DNA of 32,000 bases from Candidatus Saccharimonadota bacterium. Its GTDB lineage: Bacteria; Pseudomonadota; Gammaproteobacteria; Enterobacterales; Enterobacteriaceae. A program made the translations under genes and the position numbers. A model generated the notes under the pieces. That model did not search any database and was not told where the DNA came from. It saw nothing but the letters and a program-made list of their open reading frames with translations. Shown piece by piece: positions 8,879 through 17,118 of this stretch (position 1 is its first letter; the number at the start of each line of letters is the position of its first letter). The DNA lies in contig NZ_AP018160.1 of assembly GCF_004296515.1 (NCBI RefSeq), positions 120,001 through 152,000 on the forward strand. The letters are read 5' to 3'.

Positions 8879-9487
8879 ATGAATTACTTAGTATATAATC
8901 TTATTAATATTAATTCTACATTAATTCAATGTAATTTGAATGAAATTAATAATATAGATATTAATAATAATTTTAAAATAAACAAATGGAATATTCATAA
9001 AAAAATGATTTCAGAAATACAACAATTTAAAATAAATGGAATTTTAACATACAAAAATGGAATAAAAAAAATATTTTTGAAATTTTATTTAGATAATATT
9101 AAATCAGAAAATTATAGTTTTATAATTTATAATTTTTTTGGTAAAAAAATATTTGAATTTATTTCAAATAATAATAAACTTTTCTTAAAAAATGGAAAAG
9201 AAATAATTAATTTAGATAATAATAAATATTTAATTGAAGAAAATTATAAAATTTTAATAAAAAATTTAAGTTCATGGATAATTGGATTACCTGGTGATTC
9301 TAAAGAATTTAGAATAAATAAGATAGGAAGATTAAAAGAAATTAAACATACATATAATTCAAAAAAATATATAGTAAAATATCATAAGTATCATAATAGT
9401 ACAAATCCACCATTACCAATAAATATTGAATTTAATCAAGGTAATGATTTTATAAATTTAAGAATAAAAAACTGGATTTTATCATAA
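8879..9487 (+). CDS. lolB: Outer-membrane lipoprotein receptor LolB
   Basis: 202 aa (E. coli LolB is 207 aa). LSSWIIGLPGDSKEFRINKIGRLKEI matches [26 protein letters not shown]. The C-terminus INLRIKNWILS matches IKLKMDNWIVK. A candidate lipidation Cys is at residue 18 (TLIQC). It is divergent from prfA as in E. coli, with hemA missing between them. Confidence 0.8.
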   Translation: MNYLVYNLININSTLIQCNLNEINNIDINNNFKINKWNIHKKMISEIQQFKINGILTYKNGIKKIFLKFYLDNIKSENYSFIIYNFFGKKIFEFISNNNKLFLKNGKEIINLDNNKYLIEENYKILIKNLSSWIIGLPGDSKEFRINKIGRLKEIKHTYNSKKYIVKYHKYHNSTNPPLPINIEFNQGNDFINLRIKNWILS

Positions 9488-9490
9488 TTT

Positions 9491-10027
9491 ATGAATATAA
9501 AATTAATAGCTGGAATAGGTAATAATTTAAAACAATATTATGATACAAGACATAATGTTGGTATATGGTTTATAAATAATTTTATAAAAAAATATTCTTT
9601 AAATTTAAAGTATAATAATAAAATAAATTGTTTTTTTTCAAAATTAAAATTAAATAATAATAATTTAATTTTATTAATACCAAATTCTTTTATAAATTTA
9701 AGTGGAATATATATAAAAAAATCTATTATATATTTCAAAATTAATAGTAATGAATTATTAATTGTTCATGATGATTTATATTTTAATATAGGAAAATTTA
9801 AAATTAAATTTGGTGGTAGTTCTGCTGGACATAATGGTGTAAAAAGTATAATAAATAATATATATAATAATTTTTATAGATTGAGAATAGGAATAAAAAA
9901 TTATAAAAATATTGATAATATATCAGATTTTGTATTATCAGAACCTAATAAATTAGAAAAAAATATTATATTAAATTCTATAAATGACTCTATAGAATAT
10001 ATAATTAATTTTTTAGATAAAAATTAA
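9491..10027 (+). CDS. pth: Peptidyl-tRNA hydrolase
   Basis: 178 aa. IKLIAGIGNN...YYDTRHNVGIWF, IPNSFINLSGI, LLIVHDDL, GGSSAGHNGVKSI and FYRLRIGI are collinear with E. coli Pth. Confidence 0.9.
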   Translation: MNIKLIAGIGNNLKQYYDTRHNVGIWFINNFIKKYSLNLKYNNKINCFFSKLKLNNNNLILLIPNSFINLSGIYIKKSIIYFKINSNELLIVHDDLYFNIGKFKIKFGGSSAGHNGVKSIINNIYNNFYRLRIGIKNYKNIDNISDFVLSEPNKLEKNIILNSINDSIEYIINFLDKN

Positions 10028-11115
10028 TTATTAATATTATTATTTATAGAATTTAATATAATTTCTTTTTTTATATTATCTACAATAACAGCTTTTCCTA
10101 TTTTTTCTGGAATTATAAGTTTTATTTTATTATTTTTATTTTTTTTATCTTTTAATATATAAGGTATATAATTATTTGGGTTCATTTCATTAGGACCTTT
10201 TATAGGTAAATTAGCTTTTAAAATTAAATTTTTTATTCTATTTTTATATTTTTTTGAAAAATTATTTAAATATATAGCTGTTTCTATAGATATCATCATT
10301 CCAGCAGATATAGATTCTCCATGAGTCCATTTTCCATATCCCATAAATGCTTCTATTGCGTGTCCATACGTATGTCCAAAATTTAGTATTGATCTAATTC
10401 CATTTTCTTTTTCATCTTTAGAAATTATTTTTGATTTTATTTTACAACATTTATATATACAATATTTTAAAGATTCTATATCTAAATTCAATATTTTTTC
10501 TATATTATTTTCAAGCCAAATAAAAAATTTTTTATCATAAATAATTGAATATTTAATAGCTTCTGCTAATCCAGATGATATTTCTCTTTTAGGTAAAGTT
10601 TTTAAAAAAAATATATCTATAAATACAGAAGACGGTTGATGAAATGATCCTATCATATTTTTACCTAATATATGATTAATACCTGTTTTACCACCTATAG
10701 ATGAATCTATTTGAGATAATAATGTAGTTGGTATTTGTATAAATTTAATTCCTCTTTGATATATAGAAGCAGAAAATCCTGTTATATCACCTATTACTCC
10801 TCCTCCAAAAGATATAAGAATTGAATTTCTATCCATATTATTATTTAACATTTCTGTTAATATTAAATTTAATATATTTAATGATTTACTAGATTCTCCA
10901 TCTGGTATTAAAAAAATGTTATATTTTATATTTAATTCATTTAATTTTTTATAAAAATAATTTTCATAGTTTGTTTTTAAAAAATTATTAGTTATTATCA
11001 TAACTTTAGTATTTTTATTTATTGGATATAAACTATTTATAATTTCAAATAATTTATAATCTATTATTATTTTATATTTATTAATATTATCTAATTTAAC
11101 ATTTATTATTTTCAT
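10024..11115 (-). CDS. aroB: 3-dehydroquinate synthase
   Basis: 363 aa (E. coli AroB is 362 aa). Matching segments include GGGVIGDITGFSASIYQRGIKFIQIPTTLLSQIDSSIGGKTGINH..GKNMIGSFHQP, LAEAIKYSII and NFGHTYGHAIE. Its stop codon overlaps the pth stop on the opposite strand. Confidence 0.95.
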   Translation of the reverse strand: MKIINVKLDNINKYKIIIDYKLFEIINSLYPINKNTKVMIITNNFLKTNYENYFYKKLNELNIKYNIFLIPDGESSKSLNILNLILTEMLNNNMDRNSILISFGGGVIGDITGFSASIYQRGIKFIQIPTTLLSQIDSSIGGKTGINHILGKNMIGSFHQPSSVFIDIFFLKTLPKREISSGLAEAIKYSIIYDKKFFIWLENNIEKILNLDIESLKYCIYKCCKIKSKIISKDEKENGIRSILNFGHTYGHAIEAFMGYGKWTHGESISAGMMISIETAIYLNNFSKKYKNRIKNLILKANLPIKGPNEMNPNNYIPYILKDKKNKNNKIKLIIPEKIGKAVIVDNIKKEIILNSINNNINN

Positions 11116-11668
11116 GGTTTTTAATTATAAAATTATTTATATTTAAAATATTTAGAATATTATCTATAATTTCATCAATATTTTTTTTATTTGTATCTAT
11201 AATAATATCTGATATTGAATTGTATAATTCATTTCTAATATTATCTAATTTTTTAAGAATATTTTCTTTTTCATATTTATTTTTATTAATTAGTAATGGT
11301 CTATCATTAAAATTATTTAATCTTGTTAATTGAGTTTTTATATTTGCCATAAGATATATAACTATTCCATTATTTGATAATAAATTTCTAATATATTTAT
11401 TTTCTATAGATCCTCCTCCTGTTGATAAGATTATATTTTTTTCTTTTAATATATTATTAATTATTTTTTTTTCAAAAAATCTAAATTTTTTTTCACCATT
11501 TTTTTTAAAAATATTATTTATATTCATATTAAAATATTTTTCTAATTCTTTATCTGAATCAAAAAATTTTTTATTAAGCTTATTAGATAAATTATATCCA
11601 ATAGTACTTTTACCTACTCCTGTAGGTCCAATAATAAATATATTATTTTTACTATTTTTTAGTATCAT
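11096..11668 (-). CDS. aroK: Shikimate kinase
   Basis: 190 aa with a P-loop (IFIIGPTGVGKSTIG), FFDSD and STGGGS motifs. It is upstream of aroB, overlapping it by 20 nt, which matches the E. coli aroK-aroB operon. Confidence 0.85.
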   Translation of the reverse strand: MILKNSKNNIFIIGPTGVGKSTIGYNLSNKLNKKFFDSDKELEKYFNMNINNIFKKNGEKKFRFFEKKIINNILKEKNIILSTGGGSIENKYIRNLLSNNGIVIYLMANIKTQLTRLNNFNDRPLLINKNKYEKENILKKLDNIRNELYNSISDIIIDTNKKNIDEIIDNILNILNINNFIIKNHENNKC

Positions 11669-11680
11669 ATATTTAATGTA

Positions 11681-11698
11681 AAATTATTTTAATGTAAA
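11681..11698 (-). repeat. 18-nt intergenic motif TTTACATTAAAATAATTT (minus strand), copy 1, 13 nt upstream of aroK; a partial extra copy lies at 11672..11682
   Basis: Plus strand aaattattttaatgtaaa at 11681..11698 is identical to 15726..15743. Tttaatgtaaa also occurs at 11672..11682, a direct repeat with 16-nt period. A 9-bp hairpin (11697..11705 / 11722..11730) abuts the motif. Confidence 0.5.
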
Positions 11699-11763
11699 CT
11701 TATATATAAAATATATAACAAATATAAGTTAATTTCAATAACTAAATATAATAATATTATTAT

Positions 11764-12696
11764 TTATATATTTTTAAGTAAAAACTTCATATCATATGGA
11801 ATACTTATACTAATATTAATCTCTTTATTGCTTATAGGATGATTAAATATAACTCTAGATGAATGTAATGCTTGTCTATTAAAATTAATATTTTTATTTT
11901 TTAAAAATAAACATGATTTTTTAAAATTACTATTATTTTTTCCATATATAAAATCTCCTACTAATGGATATCCTATATATGACATATGAGTTCTTATTTG
12001 ATGTGTTCTTCCTGTTTTTATTCTAATTTTTATATAAGTATGTAAATTAAATTTTTTAATTATTCTATAATTTGTTATAGATTTTTTACCACTTATAATA
12101 TTAATATTCATAATTTTTCTATTAATTTTATTTCTTGATATAGGTAAATTTATAAATCCACCAGATATTAATGATCCTGTAACAATAGCATCATATTCCT
12201 TAATTATTTTTCTTAAATAAAATATTTTTTTTAAATTTAAATATGCTAATTTAGATTTAGCAAATATAATTAAACCAGTTGTATTTTTATCTAATCTATG
12301 TACAATTCCAAAATTATCAATATTAACTAAATTAGGATAATATTTAATTAAATTACTTATTAGTAAATTATTTAATTCTGGATTTACAATTATATTTGGT
12401 TTTTTATTTATTATAATAATATCATTATCTTCATATATAATATCTATATTTATTTTTCTATTTAAAGAGTAAATATTTTTATTATTTATGTATAATAAAT
12501 TAATTTTTATTTCTTCATTACTTTTTAATATAAAATTAGGATCTAAAATAATTTTATTATTTATACTAACGTTTTTATTTAAAATTAACTTTTTTATATA
12601 AGATCTAGATATATTTTTAATATTATTAGATAAAAACTTATCTATTCTAATTTTTAAATTAGAATTATTTATTATATATATATTATAATTATTCAT
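11764..12696 (-). CDS. rluD: 23S rRNA pseudouridine synthase, RluA family (RluD by synteny)
   Basis: 310 aa with an S4-like N-terminus (RIDKFLSN), the catalytic HRLDKNTTGL motif and GRTHQIRTHMSYIGYPLVGD. It is divergent from bamD exactly as in E. coli. Confidence 0.8.
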   Translation of the reverse strand: MNNYNIYIINNSNLKIRIDKFLSNNIKNISRSYIKKLILNKNVSINNKIILDPNFILKSNEEIKINLLYINNKNIYSLNRKINIDIIYEDNDIIIINKKPNIIVNPELNNLLISNLIKYYPNLVNIDNFGIVHRLDKNTTGLIIFAKSKLAYLNLKKIFYLRKIIKEYDAIVTGSLISGGFINLPISRNKINRKIMNINIISGKKSITNYRIIKKFNLHTYIKIRIKTGRTHQIRTHMSYIGYPLVGDFIYGKNNSNFKKSCLFLKNKNINFNRQALHSSRVIFNHPISNKEINISISIPYDMKFLLKNI

Positions 12697-12748
12697 AATA
12701 TGTTATTATATAAAATAATTTTTAAAAATTATTTTAATTTTAATAAAT

Positions 12749-13480
12749 ATGTTTATATATTATTTAATATCAATATTTAGTTTATTTGATATTGTATTAT
12801 GTTGTAATATTAAAAATGTTTACAATGATAATTTATTGTATAATTATTTAATAAATAATAAATATAATCTTGCTAAGAAAGAATTAGATAAAATAAATGA
12901 AAATGATTTATTTAGTAGTGATTTAAAAAAATATTTAATAAAAAAAATGTTTGTAAATTATAAATTAAATAATCTTGAGTTATCTAATAAGATTTTAGAT
13001 AAATTATTAATTTTATATAAAAATGATAATAATTTAGATTATATAATTTACATGAAAGGATTAGTTAATTTTGAAATAAACGAAAAAATTGTATTTAAAT
13101 GTTTAAGTTATGATAATTTTAATAAAAATCATGAATATATGTATAAATCATTAGAATATTTTAAATATTTAGTAGATAATTTTAAAAATAGTAAATATTA
13201 TGAAAATTCTATTTATAAAATATTATATATAAAACAAAGATTATTTGTACATGATTTATATATTATAGATTTTTATTTTAGAAAAAATAATCATATATCT
13301 GTAATAAATAGATCTATACATTTATTAAAATTTTTTCCAAAAGAACCTTATATATATTATTTAATAGAATATATTAAAAAATCTTGTAAATTAATTTCAT
13401 TAAATGAAATAGAAGAAAAATTAGATATCATTATAAATAGTAACATATCTAATTTCAAAAAATTAAAAATAAAAATATAA
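12749..13480 (+). CDS. bamD: Outer-membrane protein assembly factor BamD
   Basis: 243 aa (E. coli BamD is 245 aa). NLDYIIYMKGLVNFE matches NIDYVMYMRGLTNMA. FKYLVDNFKNSKYYENSIYKILYIKQRLFVHDLYIIDFYFRKNNHISVINR matches [51 protein letters not shown]. Confidence 0.85.
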   Translation: MFIYYLISIFSLFDIVLCCNIKNVYNDNLLYNYLINNKYNLAKKELDKINENDLFSSDLKKYLIKKMFVNYKLNNLELSNKILDKLLILYKNDNNLDYIIYMKGLVNFEINEKIVFKCLSYDNFNKNHEYMYKSLEYFKYLVDNFKNSKYYENSIYKILYIKQRLFVHDLYIIDFYFRKNNHISVINRSIHLLKFFPKEPYIYYLIEYIKKSCKLISLNEIEEKLDIIINSNISNFKKLKIKI

Positions 13481-14623
13481 TTAAAAATTATTTATAATAA
13501 TTTCTTCTGAAAGAGTATCATTAATATCTGATAATTCTTTTATATTTTTTTTATTTAACCAAGACTTTATATTTTCAAATATATTAATTATATTATTTCT
13601 TTTTTTATTTGAACTAAAAATATTATATATATTTTTAGTATAATTAATATATTCATCAAATAAATTTAAACTTTTATTTGATGAATATATTATATCTAAA
13701 TATAAATTTATATCTCCGGAAAAAAATTTACATAATATTGATAAATATATTTTATAAATAGGTGGAGATATTTTAAAAATTTCTTTAATATTTAAATTTT
13801 TATTCATAATAAATGAACCTAACATAAATAAATTTATATATCTTAAAGATTGTATATGTAACATATAATTATCATGTTTGTTAGAATCTAAATTATAGAT
13901 AAAAACTCCCCATAATTTAAATTGATTTAATATCCATTTATATTTTTCTGGATATCTTCCATTACTATAAATAATAATTTGTTTAGTAATACTTCTTATA
14001 TTAGGACCAAACATAGGATGTAATCCTAATACTGGACCTGAATGTATATTTAACATTTTGTTAATAGATTTTTCTTTAATGGAAGATATATCTAGTAATA
14101 TACATTCACTAGTAATATATTTATATATATTTTCTAAAACAAAATTTAATTTAGATATAGGAGAACAAATAAATACTAAATTAGAATTTAATAACTTTTC
14201 TTCTTTATTTTCCCAATCTTTAGAATTTATTTCTGAAACATTATAATTATATTTTATAAATAAATTTTTAAATATACTTCCCATTTTACCTTTTCCGCCT
14301 ATAAATATTATTTTTATAGAATTATTATTGTTACTTATATTATTATTACAATAAATTTCCTTTATATAAGATTCATACATTATTTTCTTAATAACAGATG
14401 AAATAGTAAAATAAGAAATATATTTATTATATTTTTTGTTTAATTTGTTTAAAATAAATTCTTCTCTTTTTGAAACATAACAAGAAATATTATTTTTATT
14501 TTTAATAATACCTATATTTTCAACAATTTTTAATCTTTCATTTATTAAATTAAATATTTTTTCATCAATATTATCTATTTTATTTCTTAAATCTTTTAAA
14601 TCAAATTCAAATTTATTATTCAT
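13481..14623 (-). CDS. tyrA: Bifunctional chorismate mutase / prephenate dehydrogenase (T-protein)
   Basis: 380 aa (E. coli TyrA is 373 aa). The N-terminal chorismate mutase helix LRNKIDNIDEKIFNLINERLKIVENIG is followed by a dinucleotide fold (IIFIGGKGKMGS) and HSGPVLGLHPMFGP. It lies directly downstream of the DAHP synthase gene, as in the E. coli aroF-tyrA operon. Confidence 0.9.
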   Translation of the reverse strand: MNNKFEFDLKDLRNKIDNIDEKIFNLINERLKIVENIGIIKNKNNISCYVSKREEFILNKLNKKYNKYISYFTISSVIKKIMYESYIKEIYCNNNISNNNNSIKIIFIGGKGKMGSIFKNLFIKYNYNVSEINSKDWENKEEKLLNSNLVFICSPISKLNFVLENIYKYITSECILLDISSIKEKSINKMLNIHSGPVLGLHPMFGPNIRSITKQIIIYSNGRYPEKYKWILNQFKLWGVFIYNLDSNKHDNYMLHIQSLRYINLFMLGSFIMNKNLNIKEIFKISPPIYKIYLSILCKFFSGDINLYLDIIYSSNKSLNLFDEYINYTKNIYNIFSSNKKRNNIINIFENIKSWLNKKNIKELSDINDTLSEEIIINNF

Positions 14624-14627
14624 AATA

Positions 14628-15647
14628 TTATCTATTAAAATTATTATATAAATATTTTAGTAAAAATTTTGTTTCCTTCCATCCTATACATCCATCAGTT
14701 ATAGATATTCCATATTTTAATTTATTATTTATTAATTGATTACCATTATATATATAACTTTCTATCATTAATCCTATTAAATTATTATTATTATTTATTT
14801 GATCTATAACAGCTTTAGATACATCTAATTGTTTTGAATAATCTTTATATGAATTATCATGACTACAATCAATTATTATTTTAGAATTTAAATTATTTTC
14901 ATTTATTAAATTAATACAATTATTTATATCTTCTGGAAAATAATTAGGTTTATTTTTACTACCTCTTAATATTATATGATTATTTTTATTTCCTTTAGTT
15001 TTTATAATACATAAATTTCCAAAATCATTTATTCCTAAATATGTATGAGGTTTTAATGACGTTTTAATAGCATTTATAGAACTTAATATATCTCCATTTG
15101 TATTATTTTTAAATCCTACAGGTATAGATAAACTAGAAGAAAACTCTCTATGTATTTGTGATTCTGATGTACGTGCGCCTATAGATACCCAACTAAATAA
15201 ATCATCAAAATATTTATAGATATTTAAATTTAAAATTTCTGTAGATATTGGAATACCTATATCAATTAATTGTATTAATAATTCTCTAGAAATATTTAAT
15301 CCTTTTTCTATATTACAAGAATTATCTATCATAGGATCATTAACTATTCCTTTCCAACCTATAGATGTTCTAGGCTTTTCTATATATGCTCTCATTACTA
15401 TATACAATTTATCGTTTAATTCTAATGATAAATTATATAATAATTTTGCATAATCTATAGATGAATTAAAATCATGTATAGAACAAGGTCCACATATTAT
15501 TAATAATCTTTTATCTTTTCCATTAATTATATTAGAAATAATTTTAATAGAATTAATAATTTTATTTTTTATACTATTATTTATACTAAATTTATTTTTT
15601 AAGTTTATTGGAGATATTATTTTATTTTCACTTATTATATTATTCAT
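14628..15647 (-). CDS. aroF: 3-deoxy-7-phosphoheptulonate (DAHP) synthase, class I
   Basis: 339 aa. Matching segments include RLLIICGPCSIHD, IVMRAYIEKPRTSIGWKGIVNDP, FSWVSIGARTSESQIHRE, PVGFKNNTNG, DCSHDNSYKDY and GLMIESYIYNGNQ. The isozyme label aroF rests only on the conserved aroF-tyrA arrangement; aroG or aroH cannot be excluded by eye. Confidence 0.9.
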   Translation of the reverse strand: MNNIISENKIISPINLKNKFSINNSIKNKIINSIKIISNIINGKDKRLLIICGPCSIHDFNSSIDYAKLLYNLSLELNDKLYIVMRAYIEKPRTSIGWKGIVNDPMIDNSCNIEKGLNISRELLIQLIDIGIPISTEILNLNIYKYFDDLFSWVSIGARTSESQIHREFSSSLSIPVGFKNNTNGDILSSINAIKTSLKPHTYLGINDFGNLCIIKTKGNKNNHIILRGSKNKPNYFPEDINNCINLINENNLNSKIIIDCSHDNSYKDYSKQLDVSKAVIDQINNNNNLIGLMIESYIYNGNQLINNKLKYGISITDGCIGWKETKFLLKYLYNNFNR

Positions 15648-15725
15648 AATATTAATTTATATATTTATATTTTTTATTAGTAATTATAACATTATAAATT
15701 TATAAGTTCAATAATTAAATATATT

Positions 15726-15743
15726 AAATTATTTTAATGTAAA
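15726..15743 (-). repeat. 18-nt intergenic motif TTTACATTAAAATAATTT (minus strand), copy 2, 79 nt upstream of aroF
   Basis: Plus strand aaattattttaatgtaaa at 15726..15743 is identical to 11681..11698. An 8-bp hairpin (15743..15750 atatattt / 15761..15768 aaatatat) abuts it in the same relative position. Confidence 0.5.
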
Positions 15744-15773
15744 TATATTTATATAATAAAAAATATATAAAAA

Positions 15774-16136
15774 TTATATATTTATATATTTTTTATTAGT
15801 TTTTATTAATTTATTAAATTTATTTTTCTTAATAAAAAATAATTTTGATTTTCTAACTCTATTACTATTATTAATAATAATATTTTTTATATTATTAGAA
15901 TGTATAAAAAAAAGTTGTTCTATTCCTTCTCCATTAGAATATTTTCTTACAATAATAGATGAACATATTCTTTTATTTTTTATAGAAATAATAATACCAG
16001 AAAAATATTGAATTTTATTTTTTCTTAATTTATCAAAAACATTAATTTCAACAGTAATAAAATCTCCAACTTTTATTTTATACAAATTATTCTTTAATTG
16101 TTTTTTTTCAAATTCATTTATTATTTTACTAAACAT
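15774..16136 (-). CDS. rplS: 50S ribosomal protein L19
   Basis: 120 aa, N-terminus like E. coli L19 (IIKQLEQEQMK...GD), with RKYSNGEGIE in the core. It is downstream of trmD. Confidence 0.9.
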   Translation of the reverse strand: MFSKIINEFEKKQLKNNLYKIKVGDFITVEINVFDKLRKNKIQYFSGIIISIKNKRICSSIIVRKYSNGEGIEQLFFIHSNNIKNIIINNSNRVRKSKLFFIKKNKFNKLIKTNKKYINI

Positions 16137-16140
16137 TTAT

Positions 16141-16884
16141 TTACTTTTTATCTAAATTTAATTTAAATGATTTTATTATTTTATTTTCTTCATTAGAAAA
16201 ATTTCTATTATATAATAAATAAGGTTTATTATTAATAGTATATTCAATAGATTTTATTAATCTCCACTTATATATATTTTTATGATTACCTGATAATAAT
16301 ACATTTGGAACTTCAATATTCATAAATTTTCTTGGTCTTGTATAACTTGGATAATCTAATAAATTATTAAAAAATGAATCATTTTTAATAGATTCATATG
16401 AATTTAATACTCCATATATATTTCTAGAAATTAAATCTAATAAAACCATTGCAGGAATTTCTCCTCCACTTAATACATAATCACCTATAGATATTTCTTC
16501 ATTAATAAAATTCATTATTCTATTATCTATTCCTTCATATCTTCCACATAATAATATTATAGATTTTTTATTTGATAATCTTATTATATCTAAATTATTT
16601 ATAATTTTACCTTTAGGAGATAAATAAATGACATATGAATTATAACCAATATCTTTTTTTGCATTTAATAAAGAGTAATATATTGGTTCAAATTTCATCA
16701 CCATCCCTTTTCCACCTCCGTATTGATAATCATCTATAGATTTATATTTATTTTTAGAAAAATTTCTAATATTATATAATTTTATATTTAATTTATTATT
16801 TTTTATAGCTTTATTTATAATTCCATATTTAATAATAGAATCAAATATATTTGGAAATATAGTTAAAATAATTATATTTATCAT
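16141..16884 (-). CDS. trmD: tRNA (guanine37-N1)-methyltransferase
   Basis: 247 aa with TrmD motifs: TIFPNIF, DDYQYGGGKGMVMK, LLCGRYEGID, SIGDYVLSGGEIPAMVLLD and SGNHKNIYKWR. Confidence 0.95.
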   Translation of the reverse strand: MINIIILTIFPNIFDSIIKYGIINKAIKNNKLNIKLYNIRNFSKNKYKSIDDYQYGGGKGMVMKFEPIYYSLLNAKKDIGYNSYVIYLSPKGKIINNLDIIRLSNKKSIILLCGRYEGIDNRIMNFINEEISIGDYVLSGGEIPAMVLLDLISRNIYGVLNSYESIKNDSFFNNLLDYPSYTRPRKFMNIEVPNVLLSGNHKNIYKWRLIKSIEYTINNKPYLLYNRNFSNEENKIIKSFKLNLDKK

Positions 16885-17102
16885 TTATTTATTAAATATT
16901 TAACTTTATCAGATAATTTTGCTCCATTTTTTATCCAAAAAAATACTCTATTATTATTAATATATAATAATTTATTTTTCTCATTAAAAAATCCTACTTT
17001 TTCAATAAATTTACTATTTTTAGATTTTCTAGAATCTATAACAACTATTTTATAATATAAATTATTTTTAGATTTACTTTTAGATAATCTTATTTTAAGC
17101 AT
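16881..17102 (-). CDS. rpsP: 30S ribosomal protein S16
   Basis: The ORF track begins at 17132. Homology to E. coli S16 ([25 protein letters not shown]...FIERVGFFNP) starts at the internal Met: MLKIRLSKSKSKNNLYYKIVVIDSRKSKNSKFIEKVGFFN (ATG at 17102..17100). The TGA stop overlaps the trmD ATG (ATGA). Confidence 0.9.
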   Translation of the reverse strand: MLKIRLSKSKSKNNLYYKIVVIDSRKSKNSKFIEKVGFFNEKNKLLYINNNRVFFWIKNGAKLSDKVKYLINK

Positions 17103-17118
17103 AAAATACCATATTAAT

